Virus record (IMG/VR): IMGVR_UViG_3300026136_000008
Strand: one strand, 5' to 3'
Source: a virus
Length of the DNA stretch: 64,000 nt
Positions within the stretch are counted from its first letter, which is position 1; each line of letters opens with the position of its first letter. Made by a program: the position numbers and the translations under genes. This document shows positions 43,902 through 54,782 of the stretch, piece by piece. The notes below the pieces were generated by a model. That model was given only the letters and a program-made list of their open reading frames with translations. It had not been told where the DNA came from and made no database searches.

Positions 43902-46900
43902 TATACTTGAAGTGCTATAGCTCTAAGTTGTTGAACCATCGGTATATCACTTGTATTAGTAGATCTCATTACAATCTTAATAGCAAATAATGTAAATGTT
44001 GCTGCAGGTGTAATAGTATATACCGTCTCATTAAATTCATAACCGTCTGAGAATGCAACTGTAGTTTCATCATTTGTTGCTAACACCCATGACTCTGTAT
44101 CAAAATCTGCTAAGTTATTACCAGTCTTATGATATACGTCAATAAATGTATTATTCGGACGATGTAAATCCATAATTAGTTTAATTCCATCTGAATCATT
44201 TTGTAATTCAACAGTCTTTGTTACGTACTTCGCTAAGTTAGCACCACCCGCTGCTGTATCTTCACCACTTGTTACATTATCAATACGATTTCCAATAGTA
44301 ATCAATGAACATCTTTCCATATCAATAACTGGTGATAGGTAACTATTGCTTGATGTAAATGTAGACTCAAGTTCTACTGTGTGAGTTCCACCTGATTTAA
44401 TCACCTTCGGACTTAACGGTGTATAATCTTCATTTGCTCTTATTGCTAATGCTGTCGTTCCAATAGTTGTACCATTACCTTGAGCTGTATCTTTAATTGT
44501 ATACGTTGTTCCAGTATCAGGTAATATAAGTTCTTGAATAATTGGTTTAACTGTATTCCAAGCTAAATGCTGTGTTGCAGTACACGCTGCTCCACCACCA
44601 ATACCTGTAGCACTACCGGTTCCAGCTGATACAAATGTATATGTATCATGAGTCACAGCAGTAATTGTATGTGCTTTATTTAGATGCGTAGTAGTATGAC
44701 CGTTAATCGTTGCAGCAACTCCAGCTATAGTAACTGAATCGCCAACTGCATGACCATGATCACGATGAGCAACAGTAATATTTTGTGAACCACTAGTTGT
44801 TGTAATTGGATTATTACCTAATGCTCTTGCTTCTAAAGTGTCATTTCTTAATACCGCATTACGTGTTTGCGAAGTATCAAACTCAGCTCTATGCATAACA
44901 AATGTTAAGTCTTTACCTTGCTCAGCAGTCCATGTTGATGCATTAGCTGATTTAAATAATACACCGTTGTATGGTTGTTGTGAAATTCTATTACCATTTT
45001 GATCTTCAGCGCCAACTTCAGCAAAACGTACCGTGTAATCATTTGAATTAGCAAGAATAACAAATGCATATTCAATACCATCTTGTAAGAATACTGGAGA
45101 TGGGAATGTGAATGTAGTTGCTGTACCATCGATATTTACAGAACCTGGATTAAGTGTTACATCAGAGAATGGAACAACTGTTTGAGTTGGGAATCCATTT
45201 ACCATTTCACGTATCTGTACTTGAACAGGTATATTAGCATCTTTAGTTACAAAATAAAGATCTAACTTAGTAATAAATTGAGCCTTATCAAATAAGAATG
45301 ATTGTGCTAATGGATCTGAGTATGCCACATTACCTGAAGAAACATTAGTTCTCTGTATACGTGGAATTCTTGTTGAAATAATAACGTTCTCTCTTGTTTC
45401 AATTAAGCCTGCAGCTGTATAATCTGCTGTGGCTGATGTACGAGATAAGCTTTCATTATTAGTACTATCAGAAGTCAATCTAAATTCTTTTGTACCAGCA
45501 CTAAATTGAGTTGTACTATTATTAGGTATAAGGAATGAACCACTCACAGCACCATTTGCATCAGTCGTTAATGCTCCAGCACCACTCGGATGAGCAGTCT
45601 CACTATTAATACCTACTAGAGGTGTATGACCTGGTTGAGCTTCGTTAACAAAGTTTGCTACTGATACTCCATCAAAGAATGCATAAACAGTAGTGTTTGG
45701 TTTCATACGAGTAGCACTAAAGTGTACAAGCCTTGATCTCATGAATGGAACAAAGTTAACTTCAACTACTCTATCACCTTGCTCAACTCTTGATGTTTCA
45801 ACTGCAATACTTGTTTTAACACCTGATCTTGATTTACCAGTGATATGGCGGTTACCACTTACCCAGTTTCTTGACCATGAACCTCTACCACGATATGAAT
45901 TCCTTGGCCCTTCCATCTTACCAGGAGTATAAGACATCTCCCAATGTCCGCCACCGCCTGACCAGTTTGTTGTCCATGAACCCCATACAGTACCAAGTTG
46001 AGGTTGTAATGCTTCTACCATTGCATCAAACTCACCATCGTTATTTAAAACAACTTCTGGTCTACGTTCGATATCTAACCATTCATCAGTAGATGGAGAT
46101 AGTGCCATTGAACCAACCCAGTTAAAGACATTATATGGGTTAACATTAACACTTCCTGAATATTGTGTTTGTGTTATAGCTGCAGAATGAGTATATGGTA
46201 ATGTAATTAAATCACCAGTTTTAACTGTATCTGAAGATCCTGAAATCCACGATAAGGCAGCATTACCTTGTGCAAATCCAGGTCGTAGTCTACGGTTAGG
46301 TATATCAACAGAAGCTCTGTACTCAGGAGAATCATTCCTTGACATACGAGTATTTGCAAAAGCATCTACTAAATAACCAGATTTCCATCTTGGATTAAAT
46401 GGTGATACTGTATCTAAAATTTGTGTATTCTGTGCTTCAGTTTCTAAGAAATTTAAAGCAGTATAATATTCTACTTGATTTAATCTTGTGTCAAGCTTAC
46501 CAATATCACGCATAGTGTATCTACGCTGGTCAACAAATCCAATTCCAACTTCTTCAGTACTCAACGTGTATGCAGGAATACTTAATGTAAATAAATGCAT
46601 TGCATCACTTGGAATAGCAGGGCCTTCAGGAGCTCTAGCTGGAATACCTTCAGAAACACCAAAATTGCCTTTAGAATCTAAATATACTTTGTCCATTCTA
46701 GGCAAGTAAAATTGAATATCAGTTTCAAATTGTGAGAATCTTGTAGGAGCAAATGCTGTAACTGCGCCTGTTCCTGTAAAGTTACTACCAGTATTATCCA
46801 TCCTTGGTCTAAAGTCGACCGCACTTCTTAATTCTATGTCTCCATGCTTAGGAATATTTTCGTAATCAAGTCCGGTATATGAATCAACTGTAAAGAAATC

Positions 46901-48934
46901 TCCGGCAGTATGTGTAAAGTAATCATATGTTACAGTAAGTGCTACAGCCGCTGTATAGTTAGATGTAGTTTTTAATTGTATATGACCAACATCATAATGA
47001 GTATCTCTTTGACCATTATCTAAATCAAAGTGTTCAGTAACGTCAGCGCCACCAGAAGTTTCTGTAACAGATACTATACGATAAATATCTGCATGACCAA
47101 GAGCATTAGCGCTATTGATAGTAGTATAATCTGTTCCTGCATTTAATGGACTGCTTTGGTTAGTAACTAACGATTTAGTCTTTTGATTTAACGTACGTAC
47201 AACAGGGGCAATTAGTCTTACCGTATCACCCTGAGAAGATACAGGTAAGTTAGATATAACAACATTTGGTGGATTTGCGCTGTTATTAATAGTAATATCA
47301 GAAGTAGTTACTTCTTCACCACCGACTGTTGAATCAGTATCGTTAATTAGAATCCAATTTGTATTAAGTGATTTAGAACCAAATTGTTCACCAGCAGCAA
47401 CGGCTTCAAATGTGGCAGTACCAGTACCTGATACAGTAGCTGAAGCTATAATACGATTAGTCTCATATCTATAGTTAAAATCAGTTGTGCCATCTGTTTG
47501 ACTATTACAAGTTTTAATTCTTTCGTATGGCAATTGGTATACTAAACTATCTGGACCAAGGTTAAATACATTAACAGAACTTGTTTGTGCAATTTGTGCA
47601 GCAAACGATCCACCGCCCGTTTCATCTAGCTGAGTTGCACTAGCCATTCCAGTAGTATTACCACTTGCAAATTTTACATCAAATATATGAATTCTATACC
47701 TTGAAGCTGTACTTGCACCATCACCACTTACTCTTTCGATTGATCGTGCACGACATGTACCAATCTCTGTACCACCAGAATTCTCAATTGATATAGTATT
47801 AAATGTAGTAATATCAGGAACACCAACCATGTTATCAACTTCAATAAAGTTATTATGTGTTATCTCTGTAAGTTTATCTGTAACTAATTCTGATGTTCTT
47901 GCTTTATTAAAGTGAACATTAGAAGTTCCTAATTTAGTTATTTCATAACCCCTTACATAAGCTTTTGAAGGGCCAACAGCAAGAGATAATTTTGTAGCAC
48001 TAGGACTATCTGCTTGATGTGTTTTAACAACTGCTGGAAAAGGATTAACATAATAGTTACCTGATTCATCAAATGTTCTGCGTGCTAATTCATCTTGCAA
48101 AGCATTATAATCAACACCAGCTTTCTTTGTAATAACACCAGATTCTAATCGAGCAATAAGAACAAAGTTACCAGAGTTTGCATTAACTGCTTGAGAAGAT
48201 AATGCTGCTGTAATAGAATAACGATGTGCACCTGGAGCAGACTCATTAGGTGTGCCTGTAGCATTATCATTTAACGATGCATCAGTACCTGAACTAACAA
48301 GAGCTTCTGTAACGAGTAAGCCAATATCAAATGATACATTTTCTGTGTATTTGTTTAAGACAATTGTCTTTGCTTTAACTGTTATAAAGTGTTTCTTAAT
48401 ATAATAGATACCATCTTCGATAGCTACAATTGAACCAAAACCTATAGGAGTATTTGAATTAGCATCATTAGAATTTGCAACTGTAGCTGTCTTACCTCCT
48501 GTAGCTGTTAATGATTCTCCTGCTGCAAAAATTGTGCCTGCAATATATTGAACAAATAAAGTAATTGAATCATCACCACTTGCTAATGTAGCATGGATGA
48601 CACGCGCAACAGTAGAACTTGAGTTACTATATTCAGTACCAATAATATCTGCAACTGCAGTTGTGTTACATGCTGATAATCTTACATAGTCAATCTTATT
48701 ATGTAGATGCACTGCCCCTGGTACAACAACAGAACCATCTTTAAATATATGATCTCCCGCAGAAGATATTTGATGTTGTAGCTGTGTTTGAAGCTGAGTT
48801 AATTCTCGAGCTTGTACCGCCTTACCTGGACGAAATAGTATTCTTTGATATTGTTCTTTCGGGCTAAGTGTATTGCCCGATGCGACCGATTCAAAGTCGT
48901 CATAATATGGTTCTACGTTAAATGAAATTGCCAT
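43901..48934 (-). CDS. Large virion structural protein (VrlC-like / DUF4815-type)
   Basis: FNVEPYYDDF, RILFRPGKAVQARELTQLQ, APGAHR, LARRTFDESGNY, DPLAQSF. Confidence 0.85.
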   Translation of the reverse strand: MAISFNVEPYYDDFESVASGNTLSPKEQYQRILFRPGKAVQARELTQLQTQLQHQISSAGDHIFKDGSVVVPGAVHLHNKIDYVRLSACNTTAVADIIGTEYSNSSSTVARVIHATLASGDDSITLFVQYIAGTIFAAGESLTATGGKTATVANSNDANSNTPIGFGSIVAIEDGIYYIKKHFITVKAKTIVLNKYTENVSFDIGLLVTEALVSSGTDASLNDNATGTPNESAPGAHRYSITAALSSQAVNANSGNFVLIARLESGVITKKAGVDYNALQDELARRTFDESGNYYVNPFPAVVKTHQADSPSATKLSLAVGPSKAYVRGYEITKLGTSNVHFNKARTSELVTDKLTEITHNNFIEVDNMVGVPDITTFNTISIENSGGTEIGTCRARSIERVSGDGASTASRYRIHIFDVKFASGNTTGMASATQLDETGGGSFAAQIAQTSSVNVFNLGPDSLVYQLPYERIKTCNSQTDGTTDFNYRYETNRIIASATVSGTGTATFEAVAAGEQFGSKSLNTNWILINDTDSTVGGEEVTTSDITINNSANPPNVVISNLPVSSQGDTVRLIAPVVRTLNQKTKSLVTNQSSPLNAGTDYTTINSANALGHADIYRIVSVTETSGGADVTEHFDLDNGQRDTHYDVGHIQLKTTSNYTAAVALTVTYDYFTHTAGDFFTVDSYTGLDYENIPKHGDIELRSAVDFRPRMDNTGSNFTGTGAVTAFAPTRFSQFETDIQFYLPRMDKVYLDSKGNFGVSEGIPARAPEGPAIPSDAMHLFTLSIPAYTLSTEEVGIGFVDQRRYTMRDIGKLDTRLNQVEYYTALNFLETEAQNTQILDTVSPFNPRWKSGYLVDAFANTRMSRNDSPEYRASVDIPNRRLRPGFAQGNAALSWISGSSDTVKTGDLITLPYTHSAAITQTQYSGSVNVNPYNVFNWVGSMALSPSTDEWLDIERRPEVVLNNDGEFDAMVEALQPQLGTVWGSWTTNWSGGGGHWEMSYTPGKMEGPRNSYRGRGSWSRNWVSGNRHITGKSRSGVKTSIAVETSRVEQGDRVVEVNFVPFMRSRLVHFSATRMKPNTTVYAFFDGVSVANFVNEAQPGHTPLVGINSETAHPSGAGALTTDANGAVSGSFLIPNNSTTQFSAGTKEFRLTSDSTNNESLSRTSATADYTAAGLIETRENVIISTRIPRIQRTNVSSGNVAYSDPLAQSFLFDKAQFITKLDLYFVTKDANIPVQVQIREMVNGFPTQTVVPFSDVTLNPGSVNIDGTATTFTFPSPVFLQDGIEYAFVILANSNDYTVRFAEVGAEDQNGNRISQQPYNGVLFKSANASTWTAEQGKDLTFVMHRAEFDTSQTRNAVLRNDTLEARALGNNPITTTSGSQNITVAHRDHGHAVGDSVTIAGVAATINGHTTTHLNKAHTITAVTHDTYTFVSAGTGSATGIGGGAACTATQHLAWNTVKPIIQELILPDTGTTYTIKDTAQGNGTTIGTTALAIRANEDYTPLSPKVIKSGGTHTVELESTFTSSNSYLSPVIDMERCSLITIGNRIDNVTSGEDTAAGGANLAKYVTKTVELQNDSDGIKLIMDLHRPNNTFIDVYHKTGNNLADFDTESWVLATNDETTVAFSDGYEFNETVYTITPAATFTLFAIKIVMRSTNTSDIPMVQQLRAIALQV

Positions 48935-48947
48935 GTTTCTATCCTAT

Positions 48948-50462
48948 TTAAAATGCGATTACTAATCTTACTGTTTCTACTTGTCCTGACGCTCTTGTTG
49001 TGGCTGTTCTATTCTCTACAAACATTATATCACCTTCGTGATGCAGAATTGCAGGAGCATTTATTGCTGTAAGATCTACACCTGCAACTGAAGTACCTTC
49101 ATCGCGGATGTTATCTGTTGATGCATTAAACGTACCAAATCCGGTAGTTTCGTTTTGAATATAGTATATGATACCATTTGATGAATCATATTCTACAACC
49201 ATTGCTTTTGCACCTGTTGCTGTACCTTCAATCATTTGATCTGCCGGGAATGAATCACCAGTAGCAACTGTTAAGCTCTTACATGTATTGTATGCACTTG
49301 CTTCTGCAACTCCAGCAATTGTACCTGTAGTTGAACCAGTTACTGTTGTAGCGATTGCTTTAAATACTTCACCAACAACTGGATTATCTGATGCACCTGC
49401 GGTTGCCCATAGTGCGTCAGTAGTAGTACCCATTGTTAAGATCTTATAAAATTGACCTACAACCATTGAGCCAGTAGCTGTCACCGTAGCACTTGCAGTT
49501 GCTCCACTCTTAATCGGATTCTTTACAACTGCTATTTGTCTAAAGTCGTTTGAATCAGGAATTGTACCCGACTCATCGCCAGTAAATACTGTGTTAATTG
49601 TAACATAATGTGCTCTTAGATCATTTGTAGGATCTGCGCCAAATCCACCGATTGGACCAATCACTGGTCGTATTGCACCGTTAGATCCTGAACCACCCGT
49701 TACTGTTACAGTAGCGTGAGTATATCCTGAACCAACAGCGGTCATTGTAATACCTGTGATAGCACCGCCAGCTACTGTTGCTGTCGCTGTAGCACCCGTA
49801 CCATCACCAACAATTGTTAATGTAGGTGCTGAAGTATATCCAGTTCCTGCAGTTGTGATCTTCATATTATAGATTGCACCATCAACAGCATTATTTTGTA
49901 CTGACCATTGATTAGTCAATGCAGTATCAGATCCGCCTGGTGGTACTTCTTTAATATGTCTTACTGGTATAAATGATGTTGTTAAGAATTTAGTTACATC
50001 AGCCGTTGGGACTGTATACATGTATTTCCATATATAACCGTCTGATCCACTATGATTAATAACACCAGATGTTTGAACACCTGTTGTGTCTGGGTTAGTA
50101 GTAGAAGCTCCGCTTCCTGCCTTTAAGCACATATATACATTGTTATTCGCTGAAATAACAAAGTATGTTTTGCTTTCTATATTTGTATCTTGATCATCAT
50201 ATTCTGCATATGTTGTACCAGAAACCCATAGATTTCTTGGTGCACAATGAACAATGTCTGTAGCATCGATTCTCTTCATGGCAAACATGTTTTCCCATAA
50301 AGTATGTGATGTATAGTCATTTTCATATGGGGTTGTTGGGACAGTATCATCTGTCCATGCGTTTGGCCGTCCCAAGGCCATATAGAATTGATTATCACCT
50401 AGACTATTTACAAACTTATCTGTTGTATCCAGTCTGAATTTACTTGTGATTATTGCTGCCAT
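48948..50462 (-). CDS. gp8: Baseplate wedge subunit
   Basis: MAAIITSKFR, NVYMCL, DGYIWKYMY, DFRQIAVVKNP, GDIMFVENR. Confidence 0.85.
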   Translation of the reverse strand: MAAIITSKFRLDTTDKFVNSLGDNQFYMALGRPNAWTDDTVPTTPYENDYTSHTLWENMFAMKRIDATDIVHCAPRNLWVSGTTYAEYDDQDTNIESKTYFVISANNNVYMCLKAGSGASTTNPDTTGVQTSGVINHSGSDGYIWKYMYTVPTADVTKFLTTSFIPVRHIKEVPPGGSDTALTNQWSVQNNAVDGAIYNMKITTAGTGYTSAPTLTIVGDGTGATATATVAGGAITGITMTAVGSGYTHATVTVTGGSGSNGAIRPVIGPIGGFGADPTNDLRAHYVTINTVFTGDESGTIPDSNDFRQIAVVKNPIKSGATASATVTATGSMVVGQFYKILTMGTTTDALWATAGASDNPVVGEVFKAIATTVTGSTTGTIAGVAEASAYNTCKSLTVATGDSFPADQMIEGTATGAKAMVVEYDSSNGIIYYIQNETTGFGTFNASTDNIRDEGTSVAGVDLTAINAPAILHHEGDIMFVENRTATTRASGQVETVRLVIAF

Positions 50463-50477
50463 GTCTTTTCCTTTGTT

Positions 50478-51662
50478 TTATGAAATAACGAGTGAACTAG
50501 CTCCACCCATTCCGAATTGTGTACTTATATTGTTATTTATACTATCTTGTAGTGTCCAATGAGCAAAATCTGAGTTTGGACCTAAATATCTAAACTTCAT
50601 ATTTTCCCAATGGTTCTGCATACCTATAATGCTGAGTTCTGAACTTCCTCTTGCAAAATGCGTATAAGATTTCTCTAATACGTGACTATTAAACGATGCT
50701 GGTCCAACTTGGAATGCACCGATATTAAAGTTAATTTCACCAGCTGGTTCTAACCAACCATACTGTGTTTGCGTATTCGATGATGTAAGTAGCTTTACTA
50801 AGATAACAATCTCACCAAAGAACTTAAATCCAGCCGGGTGAACTAATCTTGTAAATGAATTCTTCCAGTCAGCAATGTTTTTACCAGTTTTTAGAACATA
50901 AGAGAACTGCTGATAATAATAAGAGTCTTGTATATATTTTTTATCTGATAAGAATCCATCGTTATTGGTAAACAAACCCTTTGGATATGTTCTTACAACA
51001 TCGCCGTTTGATAATTGTGTTGTAAAATTTAATCTATATTTTATAGTAGTATCTGAATATACTTCTTCAGTATAATCTGTACCTGGAGTTTGATATGTAT
51101 TATTAACAAATACCACATCATCATCAAGTAATAAGCTATTACCATCATCATTATTACCACTAATTATTGTTGGGTTTGCTTGTGTTCCAGATAATGTAAT
51201 TGTATTCGTAGGTGTAAACTGAGTTCTATCTGCCTGAATAGCTACAGCCTGATCTGTCCAGTTTCCATTAGATGGTGTAAGCATATCTACATATGGAAAA
51301 TATGTTTCTACATCATCGTCAAAAATCATTCTAAAGAATGATGTGATTGATTCAGGTGTACCACGTGACTTATAGAATTCTACAAGTCTCTTATAAAACA
51401 TCCTTGGATTTGTAGCAAAGTCTCTTGGTATTGCAATACCGATTTCATTCTGCAATTCAGTAAGTAAGTTATCTTCTACAAAGTCGATATCTCTTTGTAT
51501 ATCTAATGAGTTAAGATAGAATCCAGATTTATTTTGACGCTCTAAATATAATGCATACGTTTTAAGAAATGAAACTAAATCAGGATATGTAGACTCTACA
51601 TGATCAGGTACTAGTTCATCTATATAAGATGATATATTATATTTTCCAAGTCCACTTGCCAT
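50478..51662 (-). CDS. gp7: Baseplate wedge initiator (short gp7-like)
   Basis: FYKSRGTPESITSFFR, IQDSYYYQQFSYV, LVHPAGFKFFG; lies between gp6 and gp8. Confidence 0.7.
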   Translation of the reverse strand: MASGLGKYNISSYIDELVPDHVESTYPDLVSFLKTYALYLERQNKSGFYLNSLDIQRDIDFVEDNLLTELQNEIGIAIPRDFATNPRMFYKRLVEFYKSRGTPESITSFFRMIFDDDVETYFPYVDMLTPSNGNWTDQAVAIQADRTQFTPTNTITLSGTQANPTIISGNNDDGNSLLLDDDVVFVNNTYQTPGTDYTEEVYSDTTIKYRLNFTTQLSNGDVVRTYPKGLFTNNDGFLSDKKYIQDSYYYQQFSYVLKTGKNIADWKNSFTRLVHPAGFKFFGEIVILVKLLTSSNTQTQYGWLEPAGEINFNIGAFQVGPASFNSHVLEKSYTHFARGSSELSIIGMQNHWENMKFRYLGPNSDFAHWTLQDSINNNISTQFGMGGASSLVIS

Positions 51663-53545
51663 TAGTTACTTACCGTTGTATAATCGATTCCAGCAGTTGT
51701 ACCGCCAGTTGCCATTGTATCTACTTCACCTGTGATTAAAGCAGTTGATGTATTTATCGTTAATAATTCATTCCTTGTTGGTGATACATCAGATGATGCC
51801 GGTTTAACCGTTACATCGATTGTAGTTGAACCAGTAGGTAATGCAGTTGGATTAAATGAGTTAAGAGTTACTGTTCCAGCTTCCTCATTTACTTCACCAA
51901 CATTCGTAGCTAGTACTAAACCAGCTGCATCAACAATTTGAATAATTCGTGTATCACTTGAGCTATCATAGTAATCTTTAAGCTTTGCATCTGCGCCAGC
52001 AAATGTAAAATTAGTTGAAGATACATAAGAGCCAGTAGATGATGTAGTAGCATCTATATCAGTTAACGCTTGATTAAACTTAAGTTCGTATTTAGTTGCT
52101 GTTCCAAGTACTGGTGTAATCTTCTTTGTCATCTTCACACGAGTAATATTAGATACGATAGCAACATTTGTATCATCAATTAATTTACCAACATTTGAAT
52201 CTCTATAAACGCCGTTAAAGCTCTTAAGTGTATCATTATTATATGACACGAGTGTACTCCTTATTGATGTAGCCAAACCGCTTGCAGTTACTGTAGCTTT
52301 GTTAGGATTATATTTAAAATAAACTTCTAAATCAATATATGTATAATCAGGATCAACAAGCACTGGCGTGATACTTACAACATTCTTTGGTTTAAGAATC
52401 TGATTCTTAATTGTTGCTTTTTGAGTATCAGTTAATTTCTCAGAAGATAATGGTTTAATCGATACATAAACCTTACCATAATCTGGTATATCATTATCTT
52501 CACCGCCCCATACAGCAACAGCTTCTAAATCAGCGAATTCACTTTTGATAATAGCTTTATAATCATCAGGTGTTACAGCTCTGTTTTGTGATATATGAGC
52601 AAGGGGTGCATTAAACTTAATTGCTTCTAGTGATTCTCTTGCGGCACCGCCAGTAGCTCTAGTAACGAGTGTGATAGTCTCATCACTATTACCATTAAGC
52701 GAATCAGTCATAGTAAATGTAGTAGCTCCATTTACATGAGTGCCTGATGGAATTGATGCATATTCTATTGAAATTGTATTACCATTACCTGGCCTCTTAC
52801 CAATAATGTTATCACCAAACTTAATCTCATAGTATCCATCTCTTCCTTCTTCTAAGAAATATACTTCTGATGTGCCATCTAATGTAACCATGTTTGTATT
52901 TAAAGCATAAACTTTAGATGCATTTGTTGCACCTGAATCTATTACAGTAACTTTAATCGAAGCAGTATTTACATTATTAACAGGAATAATATATGATTCA
53001 AATGCATTATTCTGATATGTGTAAGTTATAGATGATAATACGCCTTGTTCTATTTTAATGTTAGAAAACTTCCATCCGTTTGTTGCATCATAGTTAATTG
53101 TTGTAGTGTCTGAAGCAAACATGGGGTAATTAACCCCATCGATAGTAGTATTAAATGCTGTGCCTCTTGTCATAGTTAAAGGTAACGGAGTATTTGTTCC
53201 ATCATGATTCCATAAAGGTGTAGCATTTCCCTTTGCCATAGTCATATCAATATAAGCAACAGATGGTGCAATAGATCTTGGTGTATAACCTAATAGTTTG
53301 GCATGTGATACAACAGAAGATCTTAATTGAGATGTATCAAGGAATGTTTCATTCAAAGCAAAGTTAGCATTCATTGAATTCACATGAGTAACATATGATA
53401 GTACATCAATGATTGTATTCATTGCAGATCCTTCATAGTTATAGTCACTGAAGGTAGTATCGGTTGCCTTCATATATGCGATTAAGTTTGATTTTAATTG
53501 ATCAAAATCTAATTCACTTGCTGATATTCTGCGTTCTATTGCCAT
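51662..53545 (-). CDS. gp6: Baseplate wedge subunit
   Basis: ELDFDQLK, DYNYEGS, SHAKLLGYTPRS, QNRAVTPDDY, WGGED, YGKVY. Confidence 0.93.
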   Translation of the reverse strand: MAIERRISASELDFDQLKSNLIAYMKATDTTFSDYNYEGSAMNTIIDVLSYVTHVNSMNANFALNETFLDTSQLRSSVVSHAKLLGYTPRSIAPSVAYIDMTMAKGNATPLWNHDGTNTPLPLTMTRGTAFNTTIDGVNYPMFASDTTTINYDATNGWKFSNIKIEQGVLSSITYTYQNNAFESYIIPVNNVNTASIKVTVIDSGATNASKVYALNTNMVTLDGTSEVYFLEEGRDGYYEIKFGDNIIGKRPGNGNTISIEYASIPSGTHVNGATTFTMTDSLNGNSDETITLVTRATGGAARESLEAIKFNAPLAHISQNRAVTPDDYKAIIKSEFADLEAVAVWGGEDNDIPDYGKVYVSIKPLSSEKLTDTQKATIKNQILKPKNVVSITPVLVDPDYTYIDLEVYFKYNPNKATVTASGLATSIRSTLVSYNNDTLKSFNGVYRDSNVGKLIDDTNVAIVSNITRVKMTKKITPVLGTATKYELKFNQALTDIDATTSSTGSYVSSTNFTFAGADAKLKDYYDSSSDTRIIQIVDAAGLVLATNVGEVNEEAGTVTLNSFNPTALPTGSTTIDVTVKPASSDVSPTRNELLTINTSTALITGEVDTMATGGTTAGIDYTTVSN

Positions 53546-53943
53546 TATCGTAATCTCTCTATTGTGGTCGAAATATCTAATACTTCATTACTAGATAAAA
53601 CTCTTCCGGTTACTGTTATTAATACTTCGTTTTCATCGGCTTTTGCCTGTATATTTGTATTAAGTACTTCTATTCTTGGCTCATGGTTTCTTAAAGAATT
53701 GTTAACAGACGTTGCCATTTGTGCTGCTGTTATATTTGTCATATTCTCAAATAGATATGATCTTAAGTTTGCGCCAAAAAAATAATTAAATGGGCGTTCG
53801 CCATGATTCGTACGAAGTATATTTAATACACTTTGTTTAATCGATTCATTATTCTTTTTTATTGCAACGTCATTTGTATTAGGATTTTCCTTAAAAGTAA
53901 AATCTGCATCTTTATACGTTTCTTGTCGTGCTATCTGTGCCAT
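53545..53943 (-). CDS. gp25: Baseplate wedge subunit
   Basis: IKQSVLNILRTNHGERPF, EPRI. Confidence 0.9.
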   Translation of the reverse strand: MAQIARQETYKDADFTFKENPNTNDVAIKKNNESIKQSVLNILRTNHGERPFNYFFGANLRSYLFENMTNITAAQMATSVNNSLRNHEPRIEVLNTNIQAKADENEVLITVTGRVLSSNEVLDISTTIERLR

Positions 53944-53949
53944 ATATCT

Positions 53950-53957
53950 TATTTATA
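53950..53957 (-). promoter_or_regulatory. T4-type late promoter
   Basis: TATAAATA-N6-ATG(53943). Confidence 0.65.
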
Positions 53958-53963
53958 CATTTA

Positions 53964-54782
53964 TTATGGATTTTGTGGACCATTTGTATTACCTTGTGAG
54001 GTATCATCTGCTCCAGTATCAGGTTGTGTATGAATATGAGTATTCAAATTAATTGTTGTGTCACCAGTATTAGTTTGCAATGTTCCAGTAACATCAACAT
54101 CTCCAGTCATTGTTATCTTACCTGTGCTTGTTAAGTTTGTTGTGCCACCGACAGCAGTATTCATATTACCTGCTACTGCAATATCAGCATTACCACTTAC
54201 TATAATACGTACATCACCAAATACTTCAAGAGTGTCATGACCTACAACTAACTGATAATTGTCTCTTACTATTCTTTCTGTTTTAGAACCATTGGCAGCT
54301 ATCTCATATTGAGTGCCACTCTTATGTCTCTCCGTTATTCGTTCTACACCCGGAGTATCATCATATTCTTTGACATGACCACTCTCTGTTTCCATAACAT
54401 TATTATATGGATATTGTGGTGCGTATGTACTTGCTGGTTGATATGAACCAAGTTCTTCATCTGCATTAGGATCAGCTTCAGCTCTTACTCTTACATTATT
54501 ATCTTCTATTCCATCAGTTTTTGTAGGCAAAGTTCCCAAGACTAAAAATTCTTGCATAGCTCTATCCATGCACACACCTGCTACTAATGTACCAACCAAT
54601 AAGTTAACTGATGAACCTACACCGCCTTTAGCTGGAGTATTTCCTGGCATCATAACCATACTCCATGCAAGATCTGCAGAGTCTATATTGTCATGAAGTC
54701 CGTATACATTAACCTTTACCCTACCTAACTTTTCAGGATCATTAATATCAACAACTGTTCCAAATTTTATTTGATTATACAT
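53964..54782 (-). CDS. gp5: Baseplate central spike, lysozyme-less
   Basis: DPEKLGRVKV OB fold; YPYNNVMETESGHVKEYDDTPG.ERI; beta-helix repeats; C-terminal HIH. Confidence 0.85.
   Translation of the reverse strand: MYNQIKFGTVVDINDPEKLGRVKVNVYGLHDNIDSADLAWSMVMMPGNTPAKGGVGSSVNLLVGTLVAGVCMDRAMQEFLVLGTLPTKTDGIEDNNVRVRAEADPNADEELGSYQPASTYAPQYPYNNVMETESGHVKEYDDTPGVERITERHKSGTQYEIAANGSKTERIVRDNYQLVVGHDTLEVFGDVRIIVSGNADIAVAGNMNTAVGGTTNLTSTGKITMTGDVDVTGTLQTNTGDTTINLNTHIHTQPDTGADDTSQGNTNGPQNP

Noticed and set aside
8949-50541. Intragenic TATAAATA copies (8949, 16902, 18151, 21519, 43838, 50534)
   Set aside because: Some may be real internal late promoters, but chance matches are expected in AT-rich coding DNA, so they were not called as features
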